Shown here: piece by piece, positions 9,945 through 20,276 of the stretch
Position numbering within the stretch: the first letter of the stretch is position 1
How the letters are laid out: the number at the start of each line of letters is the position of its first letter
Origin: Giardia intestinalis
Lineage: Eukaryota
NCBI GenBank assembly: GCA_000002435.2
Contig: CM018793.1
Length of the DNA: 64,000 nucleotides
Reading direction: 5' to 3' (one strand)
Notes under the pieces: generated by a model
What the model was told of the DNA's origin: nothing
The model's input: only the letters and a program-made list of their open reading frames with translations
Databases searched by the model: none
Made by a program: the position numbers and the translations under genes

Positions 9945-9988
9945 CTTCCGACGAAAATGAAATTTTAGTCCACAAAAGATTTAGCTAT

Positions 9989-12900
9989 TTAATTTGCACC
10001 TCCGGAATCGGCCTCACCGTTGTCGATAAGTCTTACGTGAAGATCAAACTCATAAATTCTCGAAAAATCCAAACCAATCTCTACCCATATTTCATCAAAG
10101 ATTGTCACCCGGCGAACGGCTCGAACGGCTTGATCTGCAGCGAATACTACATCAATCCACATGTTATTTGGATCAACAGCAACAATTTCGTTTTGCTGCA
10201 GCCGTATCTCAGCGTCAACCCCATAATCTCTAAGAATGACCGATATCCTCCGGTCTCCTATCCGAAGTACACCCGCTCTTCCACGTAGCCATGAATATTG
10301 TGCACCTTTCGACTTGCTACCGTCTGTCCAGGGCATCTTAATAGCGCCACTCCACATCTGAATGACGTACAAGACACTGAAAATCTTATCTGCTTCGCTG
10401 GATGCCCTGTCAGCGCTCTCTTTCCTTGAATTGAGATTGGCACATATCTGGCTCATTACTTCTGTGTTGGAATGGGTTGCAGGGAGGTTAGCTCTTCCGT
10501 CTGCGGCCGCTAAGAGACGGTGGACAAGTATATCTGAGTACCGACGGATAGGTGATGTAAAGTGTGTGTAGATTGGTAAGGCTAAACCATAGTGATAGAA
10601 CTCATCTACGGTATACTCTGAGGAGACAAAATATTTGGCCAGCATCATGCATCGTGTGAGCATCTGCCTAACGATGGATATCTGCTTCATGTCGAGAGCA
10701 CCTTCCTTGATCGCGGTGTGTATGGACGCACTAAGTGTCTTATTTGTCGCTGTATCTAAATCAAAGTGAAAGATGTCCTTAATTTGCTTCTTAAGGACAC
10801 TGAACTGCTCCTCAGTGGGCTTAGGGTGTCTTCTCAGAATTGAAATGCTTGGATACTTCTCAAGTGTGTACTCAGCAGCCAGGCGATTGGCCAGAAGCAT
10901 GAACTCCTCTATCATAGACATTGTTGGGAGGGAAGCGTGCTCGTGGAGGCTTGTTGGTAGTTTTGTAATGGGGTCCAATGTAAACTCCACTGCAGGCGTT
11001 TCTAAAATTAATGCTCCGTTTCGAAGACGTTCCATTTTGAGTAGTTTGCTCAAGAACAATAGAAGCTTAAGGTTTTGTTGAATTTTCGCCACCTTTATCT
11101 GATTTTCAAGAATCTCATCGTTGATATGGTTTCTCAAAGCCTTAGACATATTCCTATAACCTGAGCCCTCATATGCTTCAAAAACACTTGCCGAATCCAT
11201 CTCACAAAGCCACTGGGCTTCGTGATACGCCAGCGAGGCACGTGACCGCACTATCGCTTGGGTAAACGAGTACTGCTTGACCACTAGACGAAGCTTTCGC
11301 TCTTCTGGCGAGAGTCCTGCTACCTTACTCATCTCCATGTCGAGCTCAAGATCTTCGACTCCTGCCTCCTCTCTGTATAATTCCAGCTCTATCAGCACAG
11401 ACATGCTTAACCTATCTACCCCAGACCTAAGTGAGCAGATATCCTCAGTCAGAATAGCTGGGAGCATATCAATCCGTCTGTCTGGAAAATATACACTGGT
11501 GCCTCGCTTACGTGCTTCAAGGTCGATTGCGCTCTCTGGGCGGACATAGAAGCTAACATCTGCTATATGTACACCAATTTCAAACGTCGTGGGTCCCAAG
11601 GTCTTAACGTGTAGGGCGTCATCTATGTCTTTACAAGACGGAGGATCAACAGAGATAGTATACTCATTAGTCAAGTTCAGACGGGCAGTGGGATATTTAC
11701 CACAGCTCTGAATATTTTGAGAAAGCGTTGTTTCAGGGGCGCTGGCCAACGACTCTTGCTGGGTTGGAGGTGTCACTGCAGACGCATAAACTCCGCTTGG
11801 AATGGAGTAAGATCCGGACGAGAACCCAAACGGTTTCAGCTCTAGCATAATGTCCTCATTTTCTTGCAGGTTAGCGTGGGGTATATCATACTCGAAAAGT
11901 ACTACATCAGCCTCGACATCTCTGTCACCGACGTCACCAAGAATAGAGCTCACGCGAGCAGTCGGCGACCTTTCTTCAGAGCCCCACGATTCGATAATAA
12001 ACAGGACTCTTTTCCCAATATAGTGGTCGATAGACGAAAGAGATCTAATGAAAAAGTCAGGGAGATTGCGTCGAAAAGGCCTGAGCATTGCCGTTTTCTC
12101 TGTGTGCGAGGAAAGCTCAGATTCCTGGTGATTAGGTGTTTCTTTTAAGTGCTTTAGTATAAAGGGAATCTTGACTGTCCCACAATATTCATGCCTGGGC
12201 CTGTTCATAATGGCTACGACAATGCCATATATCTTCCCTCCAGGAACAGTAGTGGATAGCTTGTCAATGTAGTCGCAAGCATCATAGCAGATGTGCTGAG
12301 GATCTACATGTGTTGAATCCTCTATGTCTTCCCAGGCCTCTTGCTCTATCAATGCAAGTGCAACCTGGTCCCCCGCAAGGCTTCTATTCAAATAAAAGGG
12401 ATTGCACAGTGTTACCTTCATATGTTTGTAGGAAGTTAAGACTTCCCCGCGCTTTCCACGACCCCAGACGGTCATCTTGCCTGAAAGAAGCTGTCTTTTT
12501 GTTATCATAAACTCTGCTTTCTCGGTAGATATGTGGGGCAAGTAACTGAACGAAGACTTGAGAGTTAGCTGCAAAGTGGAGTCACTGTACAACTCACGGA
12601 AGTCTTCATAAGAAAGATGGGGAGACCCCAAACTGGGCTCGATAAGAGAAATCGAAGGAGAAACGAACTGACAGTAGAATGCGTTGCTGAAGAAGAGCGA
12701 GATGTCAATGGCGACAGGATTCCATGGCTTACTATTCTTAGACAGCATATTATCAAGATTCCCTTTCAAGGCCGATGACTCTGATAGAACCGGAAACTCT
12801 AATTCCTGCTCGGAGCTCTTATTGCATAATACAACAACTGGGCAGGCGGTGGTAGCCTCAGGAGTTGCGTGCGAACTGTGGAGTAAGAAGTAGCGTTGAC

Positions 12901-13321
12901 TAGTCACTAGCGCGTCACAAAGCTGTTCCACCGTACGGCACACAGCGTGGCCATTGGATGTATCCTTGCACGATTTATCGGGAAAGCGAATGCACCCATC
13001 AAATTGAATGTAGCGCTGGAGAGCACGATAGCTGGTGGGATGCTGCTCTCTGATATAATCTATTACGGAATCCAGCACAACGACGGTAAACATCTTCCTT
13101 ATTGTGGTATGCTCAAAGAGAGTGGTGTGTAACAGTAACACAGCGGGAGTGGGGAGGAGAATGGCGCATCTTGGACGCCGGTCAGAAACATCTTTATTGC
13201 AAAGTGTGCAGCCCATAAGCCCACATGTTATATCATCTCGTATGACAACAGACTGCACTGATGGCTTACTTTTTAGGAACTGCGGGGTAGCAGAGACGTT
13301 GGGAACCCGCCGGATGGGCAT
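9989..13321 (-). CDS. DIS3/Rrp44-like 3'-5' exoribonuclease (RNase II/R family, RNB domain), 1110 aa
   Basis: RNB catalytic signature near C-terminal third: HYGLALPIYTHFTSPIRRYSDILVHRLL (cf. HFGLA...YTHFTSPIRRYxDxxVHR). DIDDALH motif (ISVDPPSCKDIDDALHV) upstream of it. ATG 13321 with AT-rich leader. Confidence 0.8.
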   Translation of the reverse strand: MPIRRVPNVSATPQFLKSKPSVQSVVIRDDITCGLMGCTLCNKDVSDRRPRCAILLPTPAVLLLHTTLFEHTTIRKMFTVVVLDSVIDYIREQHPTSYRALQRYIQFDGCIRFPDKSCKDTSNGHAVCRTVEQLCDALVTSQRYFLLHSSHATPEATTACPVVVLCNKSSEQELEFPVLSESSALKGNLDNMLSKNSKPWNPVAIDISLFFSNAFYCQFVSPSISLIEPSLGSPHLSYEDFRELYSDSTLQLTLKSSFSYLPHISTEKAEFMITKRQLLSGKMTVWGRGKRGEVLTSYKHMKVTLCNPFYLNRSLAGDQVALALIEQEAWEDIEDSTHVDPQHICYDACDYIDKLSTTVPGGKIYGIVVAIMNRPRHEYCGTVKIPFILKHLKETPNHQESELSSHTEKTAMLRPFRRNLPDFFIRSLSSIDHYIGKRVLFIIESWGSEERSPTARVSSILGDVGDRDVEADVVLFEYDIPHANLQENEDIMLELKPFGFSSGSYSIPSGVYASAVTPPTQQESLASAPETTLSQNIQSCGKYPTARLNLTNEYTISVDPPSCKDIDDALHVKTLGPTTFEIGVHIADVSFYVRPESAIDLEARKRGTSVYFPDRRIDMLPAILTEDICSLRSGVDRLSMSVLIELELYREEAGVEDLELDMEMSKVAGLSPEERKLRLVVKQYSFTQAIVRSRASLAYHEAQWLCEMDSASVFEAYEGSGYRNMSKALRNHINDEILENQIKVAKIQQNLKLLLFLSKLLKMERLRNGALILETPAVEFTLDPITKLPTSLHEHASLPTMSMIEEFMLLANRLAAEYTLEKYPSISILRRHPKPTEEQFSVLKKQIKDIFHFDLDTATNKTLSASIHTAIKEGALDMKQISIVRQMLTRCMMLAKYFVSSEYTVDEFYHYGLALPIYTHFTSPIRRYSDILVHRLLAAADGRANLPATHSNTEVMSQICANLNSRKESADRASSEADKIFSVLYVIQMWSGAIKMPWTDGSKSKGAQYSWLRGRAGVLRIGDRRISVILRDYGVDAEIRLQQNEIVAVDPNNMWIDVVFAADQAVRAVRRVTIFDEIWVEIGLDFSRIYEFDLHVRLIDNGEADSGGAN

Positions 13322-13384
13322 AGGAATTTGTTACAATTAAATACCCCAGGTATTTGTTGCAGTGGTTCCAGAAGTTATTCGTCG

Positions 13385-13741
13385 CTATTGTTTACTTTCT
13401 GGCTTATAAATCTCTTCAAAGAGACTCACTAGCGTCTGCGTTATGAGTTTGTTTGTGGACCTCTCTGCCCAAACAAGTTCCTCTATCTTAGAATTGAGAA
13501 TAATCTGGATATTGTACTTGGCAGAAAGCATTTCTATTAGTCTCTCGCATGTACATGGACCATCGTCCAGCAAGGTTACGCCCACCGCTGTTCCGGGTAC
13601 ATCCAAACACGGAACCAAAATAGAGAGGGATCCAAGCGCAAGGGGGTCACTGCTTATAGATAAGACACAAGATTTGGAGTGAGCTATCACAACCACTTTT
13701 ATGATTCCAACATCTGTCTCCAATACTTTCTCTATCAGCAT
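13385..13741 (-). CDS. small hypothetical protein (118 aa), possibly roadblock/longin-like alpha-beta fold
   Basis: True ATG at 13741 directly after tataatcatcttaaa. No motif recognised. Weak by-eye resemblance of VGIIKVVVIAHSKSCVLSI to roadblock/LC7 GVQGIIVVNTEGIPIKS. Confidence 0.4.
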   Translation of the reverse strand: MLIEKVLETDVGIIKVVVIAHSKSCVLSISSDPLALGSLSILVPCLDVPGTAVGVTLLDDGPCTCERLIEMLSAKYNIQIILNSKIEELVWAERSTNKLITQTLVSLFEEIYKPESKQ

Positions 13742-15968
13742 TTTAAGATGATTATAGAATGATCCGGGAACCCCTCCTGCAACGAAAGCTTAGCCATCCT
13801 ATTTATCCAGGGGGCATTAGAAATCAAGAGATACATTTAACTGATCATTGCGTGTATTGAACAACTCATACTAATTTCTTTGTCCCCAGTAGCTGACCCT
13901 AATCATCCCAGTAGAGCCCCACATCAGGTATGGATCTTGCGTAGTGCTGAGCCATATCCCCTATGTCAATAGATGCTGCTTCGGTGGCTCCAATTTGAAG
14001 GAGGGAGGCCCTTGTCACTGTATAGATTTGTGTCAAGTGAAAATTATCGTGGGCTTCTTGGAAGACCCGACGGCTCGCTATATTCTGCCATCTCTATGCT
14101 TGCCATGGCTACTGGAAATACCGATGCATGTGTGCAACTCATAAGAGTGAGCTCTGCTTGATTATTTGCTCAAACTGTCCAACCCATGATAATAGGACTG
14201 CTACCAGAGGAGACCATGAACGAAACCCTAGTACTCACGAGGGCACTCTCAGATGAAGTGGTTTGTATGCGCTCTTTAGCCCTCGGAAGCTCAGTGCACA
14301 TGGTTACTCATCCTTTGACACCAGACTCGCCCACAAGACGCACTGGCCACACTATAACACCCTTGGTGGTGAGCCCAGATAAGGGTGCGTGCGCTGATAG
14401 TATTGTATGTCAAAAGACCTTCCTAGTAGCAATGTGCTGGTCACGGTCAAGAAGACATTACCATTTTGATGCATCGAGGGTTGATCGATTCGTTAAGACA
14501 CTGTCGGTATTCTACTCGTATAATCGGGACCCATCTCATCTACAAAGGTTCTACTTGTGTGCACGCTCACCCGGAAACCAGAATCGAGACCTGGCAGGCG
14601 TCACTCGCCCTGCAGCGATTTGGTACGACAGCAAGGGTGGACCTCGGATTGACGGGGGATGCTTCCCGGCGAGTCCCAGGTGCACTGCAGGTGGCGATCT
14701 CAACGTGGATGAGTGCCCAGTCGGTGAAGTCATGGCTCACAGGGAGGCGCCTGGACTACCCACAAGGATTGGGGAGATCCAAGACTGCAGTGTCCGTTGG
14801 TAAGACACACAGTAGGAACGCCTTGTGAGATAGACCAGAAGTCCTCCGCCCAGTCGTGGCTAGTACCTGCAGCTAGTAGCCCCGTGGGCTCGTCCCGGAC
14901 GCTCTTGGTCAAACGGATAGCCGATGCGGTCGTGTCAGAGGTCAGTCTCCGCCTCCACATGGCAGAACAGTGGGAACAGTCGTCTATAGGCAGGGACCTT
15001 CTCTTGAACATAATGCAGCTAACACTGTGCCACAGTACCCATGACTGACTTGGTGGGCTACACTATGGCAATACTTCGCAGAGCCCCAGTTCGCAAGTCA
15101 TAAGGCGATTGCCAATTCAGACCGAGACATCCTTTGTGTACGCTGGGCCTATCTGCAGTATAACGAGCAGCGTATCTGTTTGACCAAGAGGCTGCCGGCG
15201 TGGATATGCACTGCCGTATGCCCAGGCCTATAGTTGAATGACAGACCGTTCAGGTGGGGGATCAGCGATTGCCTTGACGTGCAAGAAGAGCCTCCATGCG
15301 ACATCGTTCCACAACGGTATGCGTAGGATCTGCGGCGAATGGCACCACCACCAAAGCGGACGAGGCGCTGTGCTATCGAGAAAGGAGGCTCATATCTTCT
15401 TATGACCAAAGAGCCTAGCAACAACATTTACACAGCAATGCATACTATCGCAATGGACTTTCCTTGTGGGCAGTGTTAAAATGTTCATGTGCCATGTCGT
15501 GAGGCCATGGCGTATTTTGCATCTCCTGCGCCAACGTCATCGCTGCCTATTAGTGCAGAACCTGGCTATCTTGGAAGGCCTCCTCAAGTTCGTCTATGCC
15601 TTTCTCGAAGAAGGTCCTTGGTAGTGGAGCTCGCTTTATGAGTGCTGTCTACCTCCTAGCAGAGCAAATTGACGGATGATGCACATGCGGGCTATACACT
15701 TTTCCGAAGCTTGTAGGACACGGTGTTATGGCGGCTTTAACGGTACACAAGCCACGCCCGCCTGCAACAGATGGCCTCGATAGGATGCTCTTGAGTAGGG
15801 CACCAGTCAACTAGTCTAGTCCATGGGCACCGCTGAAAAGCACCAGTGTCTTCTTGTTCTACACTGCGGTGTGCTCACAGCGATACGCTGAAGGATGCGT
15901 GCGGCCCGGTGGAGGCGGCCTCTACTGCTATCTGATTGCCCGTTAGTGTGAGCGTGATTCGACGGGCA
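13742..15968. other. 2.2-kb ORF-poor block upstream of the VSP gene (candidate decayed gene and/or non-coding RNA locus)
   Basis: Only short ORFs, in all three plus-strand frames in succession (14186 frame 2, 14466 frame 0, 14797 frame 1), plus overlapping minus-strand ORFs. No AT-rich initiator, no recognisable protein motif. Unusually long for a genome whose other spacers here are 10-200 bp. Confidence 0.3.
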
Positions 15969-17246
15969 ATGTTGTACTTGGCAGGTTTAGCATTCGCTTA
16001 CTTGGCGCTTGCCGATCCAAAATCGTGCACCAACTCTCAAAATTGTGCATCTGGAGATAACTGTCTAGATGTCAATATGAATGGTTCTCCTACAGAGGTT
16101 TGCACAAAATGCGAGCCAAACAACGTCCCGATCGACGGGGCGTGCAAGCCGGCCGCAGACAACACGAACAGCTGCGTAACCTCGGATAGCGGGGCCGGCG
16201 GGGTTTGCGCGTCGTGCCAGGGGAGCACCTACCTCTACAAGGGCGGGTGCTACGCCGCGTGCCCTCAGGGAACACCAAACTCTGAGACTAACACATGCGA
16301 TGGAGTCCCCGCCCCTGATTGCAATCTCGCCAACTGCGAGGTGTGCTCGGAGGACAAGCAGAAGTGCACAAAGTGCCAAAGTAACTACTTCCTCACTCCA
16401 GAGAAGAACGCTTGCTTGGCGTCTTGTCCGGCCGGGTCGTACGCGGTTGGGCAAACGTGCGCGCCCTGCGACCCCTCCTGTGCGGAGTGCAGCGGGGCCG
16501 GCGCTTCCAAGTGCACGGCCTGTCCCGCCGGGAAGATGCTGAGGTACGCCGACGAGAGCAAGCTTAATGAGGGCGGCCAGTGCGTGGAGCAATGCGTGGA
16601 GGGCCCGGAGTGCGAGACGTGCGGCCTAACAATTGGAGGTACCAAGTACTGCTCGAAGTGCAAGGGGAACAACGTGCCGCTCAATGGCGTCTGCACAAGC
16701 AATGCGGCCAGGACTCGGTTCTGCACCACTGTCGCTAACGGTGCTTGCACGGTCTGCGCCGCCGGATACTTCATCCAGGAGGGCGGATGCTACAAGACTG
16801 ACAGGCTCCCCGGGAAAAGCATCTGCACAACGCCCACTGGGGATGGAAAATGCCAAACGTGTGCGAATGGCTTGACAGCTGTCTCGAACATGTGTCCATT
16901 ATGCGACTCCACTTGTGCGACATGCACCGTGGCCAATCAACCCGATAAGTGCAGCACGTGTCCACCTGGCCGTTACTTGGACGCCAGTAAAGCATGCAAA
17001 CTGTGTACAGAGACAAGCGGTAGCATCCAGGGCGTCGCTAACTGCGCGAGCTGCGCTCCTCCAACTGGTAATAGTGGTTCTGTCATCTGCTACGTCAAGA
17101 CGGATGGCACTGACAACGGCGGAAGCACGAATAAGAGCGGCCTCAGCACAGGCGCTATAGCGGGCATCTCCGTCACGGCGGTTGTCGTCGTGGCTGGCCT
17201 TGTGAGCTTCCTCTGCTGGTGGTTCCTCTGTAGGGGCAAGGCGTGA
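15969..17246 (+). CDS. variant-specific surface protein (VSP), 425 aa
   Basis: Track start 15936 is TTG; first ATG 15969 gives signal peptide MLYLAGLAFAYLALA. About 16 CXXC motifs, GGCY motifs (KGGCYAACP, EGGCYKTD), C-terminal TM helix and invariant tail FLCWWFLCRGKA-stop. Confidence 0.9.
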   Translation: MLYLAGLAFAYLALADPKSCTNSQNCASGDNCLDVNMNGSPTEVCTKCEPNNVPIDGACKPAADNTNSCVTSDSGAGGVCASCQGSTYLYKGGCYAACPQGTPNSETNTCDGVPAPDCNLANCEVCSEDKQKCTKCQSNYFLTPEKNACLASCPAGSYAVGQTCAPCDPSCAECSGAGASKCTACPAGKMLRYADESKLNEGGQCVEQCVEGPECETCGLTIGGTKYCSKCKGNNVPLNGVCTSNAARTRFCTTVANGACTVCAAGYFIQEGGCYKTDRLPGKSICTTPTGDGKCQTCANGLTAVSNMCPLCDSTCATCTVANQPDKCSTCPPGRYLDASKACKLCTETSGSIQGVANCASCAPPTGNSGSVICYVKTDGTDNGGSTNKSGLSTGAIAGISVTAVVVVAGLVSFLCWWFLCRGKA

Positions 17247-17260
17247 CTTAGGTAGTAAAC
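17246..17260 (+). promoter_or_regulatory. VSP-type extended polyadenylation signal ACTTAGGTAGTAAAC (matches ACTYAGRTAGTRAAY), overlapping the TGA stop
   Basis: Read directly: ...AAGGCGTGACTTAGGTAGTAAACGTG. The core AGTAAAC matches the general Giardia AGTRAAY signal. Confidence 0.8.
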
Positions 17261-17906
17261 GTGCCCACATACCACAGTATACATCATAAATGGTGTCCAG
17301 GGCTGCCTCTGGTACACTGACGTGCCTCCTGGCGAGAGTAGCGGGGTCCCGCTCCCGAGCTACGGGCTGTGCTGGAACTGGGGGCACTATTTGTAGTGGT
17401 TGGAAAGTAAGCCCTGCAGGGCCGACTTTAGTCGTGAAAGCATCGTATACATCAGCAGTGGCTGAACACTCAGATTTTTTGGTATTACGGCAAAGTCATC
17501 AATGCCTGAAAAATCTACGAGGTTACTTCTATCGACATCTATGCTTCTCTATCGTTCCTCCTAGAAAAGAGCACTCTTGAGAATCAGCAAAACCATATTC
17601 TAAACTAATGAGATTGTTTCTTATTCAGCTTAGTTGATGAGCCAGCTTTATAAACCTGAAAGTATAATGTAGTTTGTGAGTAAATACCAATGTTGGGCGT
17701 TTGCATTGTGGATTCTACAAGTTTAGCATTAAGATCACTGCCTTATATATTCTTGCTGTTAAAGATTCTCAATTAAAGCTTTAACATTCTGTCATTGCCG
17801 CCGTCAGTATTCGCGTCTATCTCCATAACGATATCGACGAAGACCTGGCCCACAACATACCATTTGGCAGCTATTGATCATGATCTAAAAATTCAAATCT
17901 CTCTTC

Positions 17907-20276
17907 ATGTCTCTCTCTGATTGGTTCCAAGGGATTATTATGAACGATTTCGATACGGTAAACAAGCTACTGGCTCAGTACAAATGTTCTGTAGACGCGC
18001 AAGGAGATACGGGACTCATGGTAGCTACGCAAGCAGGCCTTTTGGGAATGGTGCGCTTGCTAGCACCCTTTGAGAGCGGATCTCGCTCATCTTCCGGCTG
18101 TACAGCTCTTATGATAGCATGCATGTCGAATATGCCTGAAATAGTCGAGGTACTCCTTCCCCTAGAAAAGGACTTTAGGCTCTCTGATGGTCGGGACGCA
18201 CTAATGCTGGCCGCTAGTAGCAATTCTGGCGATGTACTAGACATACTCATGCCGAACTTCAGTTTATGCCGCGACAATAATAGCCTATCTGCCCTAGACT
18301 ATGCGGGATATGAGGGTCATCTTTTCATAGTCATGAAGCTCGTGCACTACTTTCGCCCATCCTCCGCTGATCTATCAATTGCACGGGACCTAGCATCTGA
18401 AGCAGGTAGAAGCTCTGTGGTTGCTTATCTAGACTCTCTAGACGCCAATAGCAGTTCCAACCCTATCCAGGATGCATCCAGTGGAGGATTTACTAACGAG
18501 TCAGACATATTAGTCGACAAGAAAGATGGTATGGTCGTTACCACTTCGACCAACGGAGAAGACCGCATTTCTCTTCCACATCCAGATGATCCTTTTACTT
18601 CGGATATGACTACCATCAACCCAACTGCAGAGAAGCACATTGCACTTTTGGAATCAGAAAACAAAGCGCTTCGTTTAAAACTGGAGGCCATAACAGCGAG
18701 CACGGACGAAGAGCGATTGCTGGCTTTTAACAAAATGGAAAACGAGATAGCTTTTTATATGGGCGAGGTTGAAATGCTACAGAATAGCCTCAAGGAGAAA
18801 GATTTAGCCGATTCTGCGAGTATTGAATCTGAAAGCATAGAGTCTTTACAACAGCTCCTTATTGGCGCTAAAGAGGAGCTAGATAAAGCAAGGGAAGATC
18901 TCAATACCAGCTTGGAATCACAGAGTGAGTTGACTGGTCTTTTATTGATTAAAGAGGAAGAAGGAAAGAAGCTAGCGACAGAGATAGATTCTCTAAAGCG
19001 TGAATTGAAGGCCTCGAGGGAAGAGCTTGAAAAGACGGAACTAGAGTTACAAAATACTAAGCAACGATTAAGGGTGTGCGAAGGTGAGGCCGCGATAGGA
19101 AAGCAGTTTGATAACACAATGGTCTTGACAAAATCACTCTATGGCCACGACTTGCGTGAGCAGTTGGCGGTACCTTTACGCAATGTAATACCCACAGACA
19201 TAGATCTCCGATTTATCAAAGGCACCGCGGCGCAATTCAAGGCAAATCCATCAGAGTTAAGGCATCTTATATCTAACTTCAACATTCTCAAGAAGGCCTA
19301 CGTTTCTTTGTTGAGAGACTATGATAAGGTAGAACCGTCTCCCCAACGGTCCGCAACAGGGCTTTGTAAAGGGCATGGATCCTTACGCAATAAAAGTGCT
19401 AGGGCAAGGGACTCTATGGATACACTCATCTCGTCCATAAATACTTCCATAAGGCGGTCAAGTTCCAGAACGGCTCCGTTATCGCGGTCATCGTCGTCAC
19501 AAGTTATACAGATGGCATCTACTCAAGGCGCTGATATTGAACGGGCTCAGTCTAGCTTGGCTGATAACCGCCAAAGGAGCATTGTTTCAGGAACACAAAT
19601 AGGAAGATCAGTTACTGCTAGAAATCGAGCCACAGAGGTTTCGTTAGTGACAGAGGAGATGATGGCTGAATTGTCTAATCAGGAGAACACGCCACTCATG
19701 AGGGCGTTTGTAGAGGGAAATCTGGATGGCGTATTAAATATGCTATCACACGTCGGTAAGCAGCGCAGCGATGGAACAACCGCCCTAATGCTCGCGGCCC
19801 TATTTAATCGCATTAGCGCAATCAAGTATGTTGTCAAAAAGGAGGCACGAATGAAGCGTGTTGATGGAGCCACTGCTCTACATATTGCCCTTCAAAAGGG
19901 GTATTATACCATTGCGGATCTTTTAACAAAATATGAAGGAATTGACGTCAGCGAATATAGTACAGAGGGCAACCGAAAAACTGAGCTCATGTGTGCCGCA
20001 GAAGAAAATGACCTGGTGAAGTTGTGGTGTCTGCGCCCGTTACAAGAACGCTTACAAGATCAGAATGGGAAGACAGCCTTAATGTATGCTCTTGAAAAGG
20101 GGCACCTACACTGTGTGTACCTTTTATTATCCAGTGAAGCAAAGATTCGAGATAGTCAAGGAAACAATATAGTGTCTTATTGCTCCAAGATGAGTCATAC
20201 TTTGCCCGAATCTCTTCGCCAAGAACTTACGTTTATGGCAACGCGCTACTGCAATGAGCAGTATTACATGGAGTAG
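17907..20276 (+). CDS. ankyrin - coiled-coil - ankyrin protein (21.1-family-like), 789 aa
   Basis: ATG 17907 after AT-rich tctaaaaattcaaatctctcttc. N-terminal ANK repeats (DTGLMVATQAGLLGMVRLL, CTALMIACMSNMPEIVEVLL, RDALMLAASSNSGDVLDIL). Central heptad region (ENKALRLKLEA...ELEKTELELQNTKQRL). C-terminal ANK repeats (TTALMLAALFNRISAIKYVV, ATALHIALQKGYYTIADLL, KTALMYALEKGHLHCVYLLL). Confidence 0.75.
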   Translation: MSLSDWFQGIIMNDFDTVNKLLAQYKCSVDAQGDTGLMVATQAGLLGMVRLLAPFESGSRSSSGCTALMIACMSNMPEIVEVLLPLEKDFRLSDGRDALMLAASSNSGDVLDILMPNFSLCRDNNSLSALDYAGYEGHLFIVMKLVHYFRPSSADLSIARDLASEAGRSSVVAYLDSLDANSSSNPIQDASSGGFTNESDILVDKKDGMVVTTSTNGEDRISLPHPDDPFTSDMTTINPTAEKHIALLESENKALRLKLEAITASTDEERLLAFNKMENEIAFYMGEVEMLQNSLKEKDLADSASIESESIESLQQLLIGAKEELDKAREDLNTSLESQSELTGLLLIKEEEGKKLATEIDSLKRELKASREELEKTELELQNTKQRLRVCEGEAAIGKQFDNTMVLTKSLYGHDLREQLAVPLRNVIPTDIDLRFIKGTAAQFKANPSELRHLISNFNILKKAYVSLLRDYDKVEPSPQRSATGLCKGHGSLRNKSARARDSMDTLISSINTSIRRSSSRTAPLSRSSSSQVIQMASTQGADIERAQSSLADNRQRSIVSGTQIGRSVTARNRATEVSLVTEEMMAELSNQENTPLMRAFVEGNLDGVLNMLSHVGKQRSDGTTALMLAALFNRISAIKYVVKKEARMKRVDGATALHIALQKGYYTIADLLTKYEGIDVSEYSTEGNRKTELMCAAEENDLVKLWCLRPLQERLQDQNGKTALMYALEKGHLHCVYLLLSSEAKIRDSQGNNIVSYCSKMSHTLPESLRQELTFMATRYCNEQYYME

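Noticed and set aside
15019-15035. CTAAC ... CACAG resembling the Giardia fused branch-point/3' splice-site motif
   Set aside because: Spacing (12 nt) is longer than the canonical ACTAACACACAG. The nearest GTATGT (about 14407) is about 600 nt upstream, far beyond known Giardia intron lengths. No flanking exon ORFs.
16037-17387. Several 60-175-aa antisense ORFs inside the VSP gene
   Set aside because: They are a by-product of the GC-rich, stop-poor VSP coding sequence. No initiator, no poly(A) signal, no motif.
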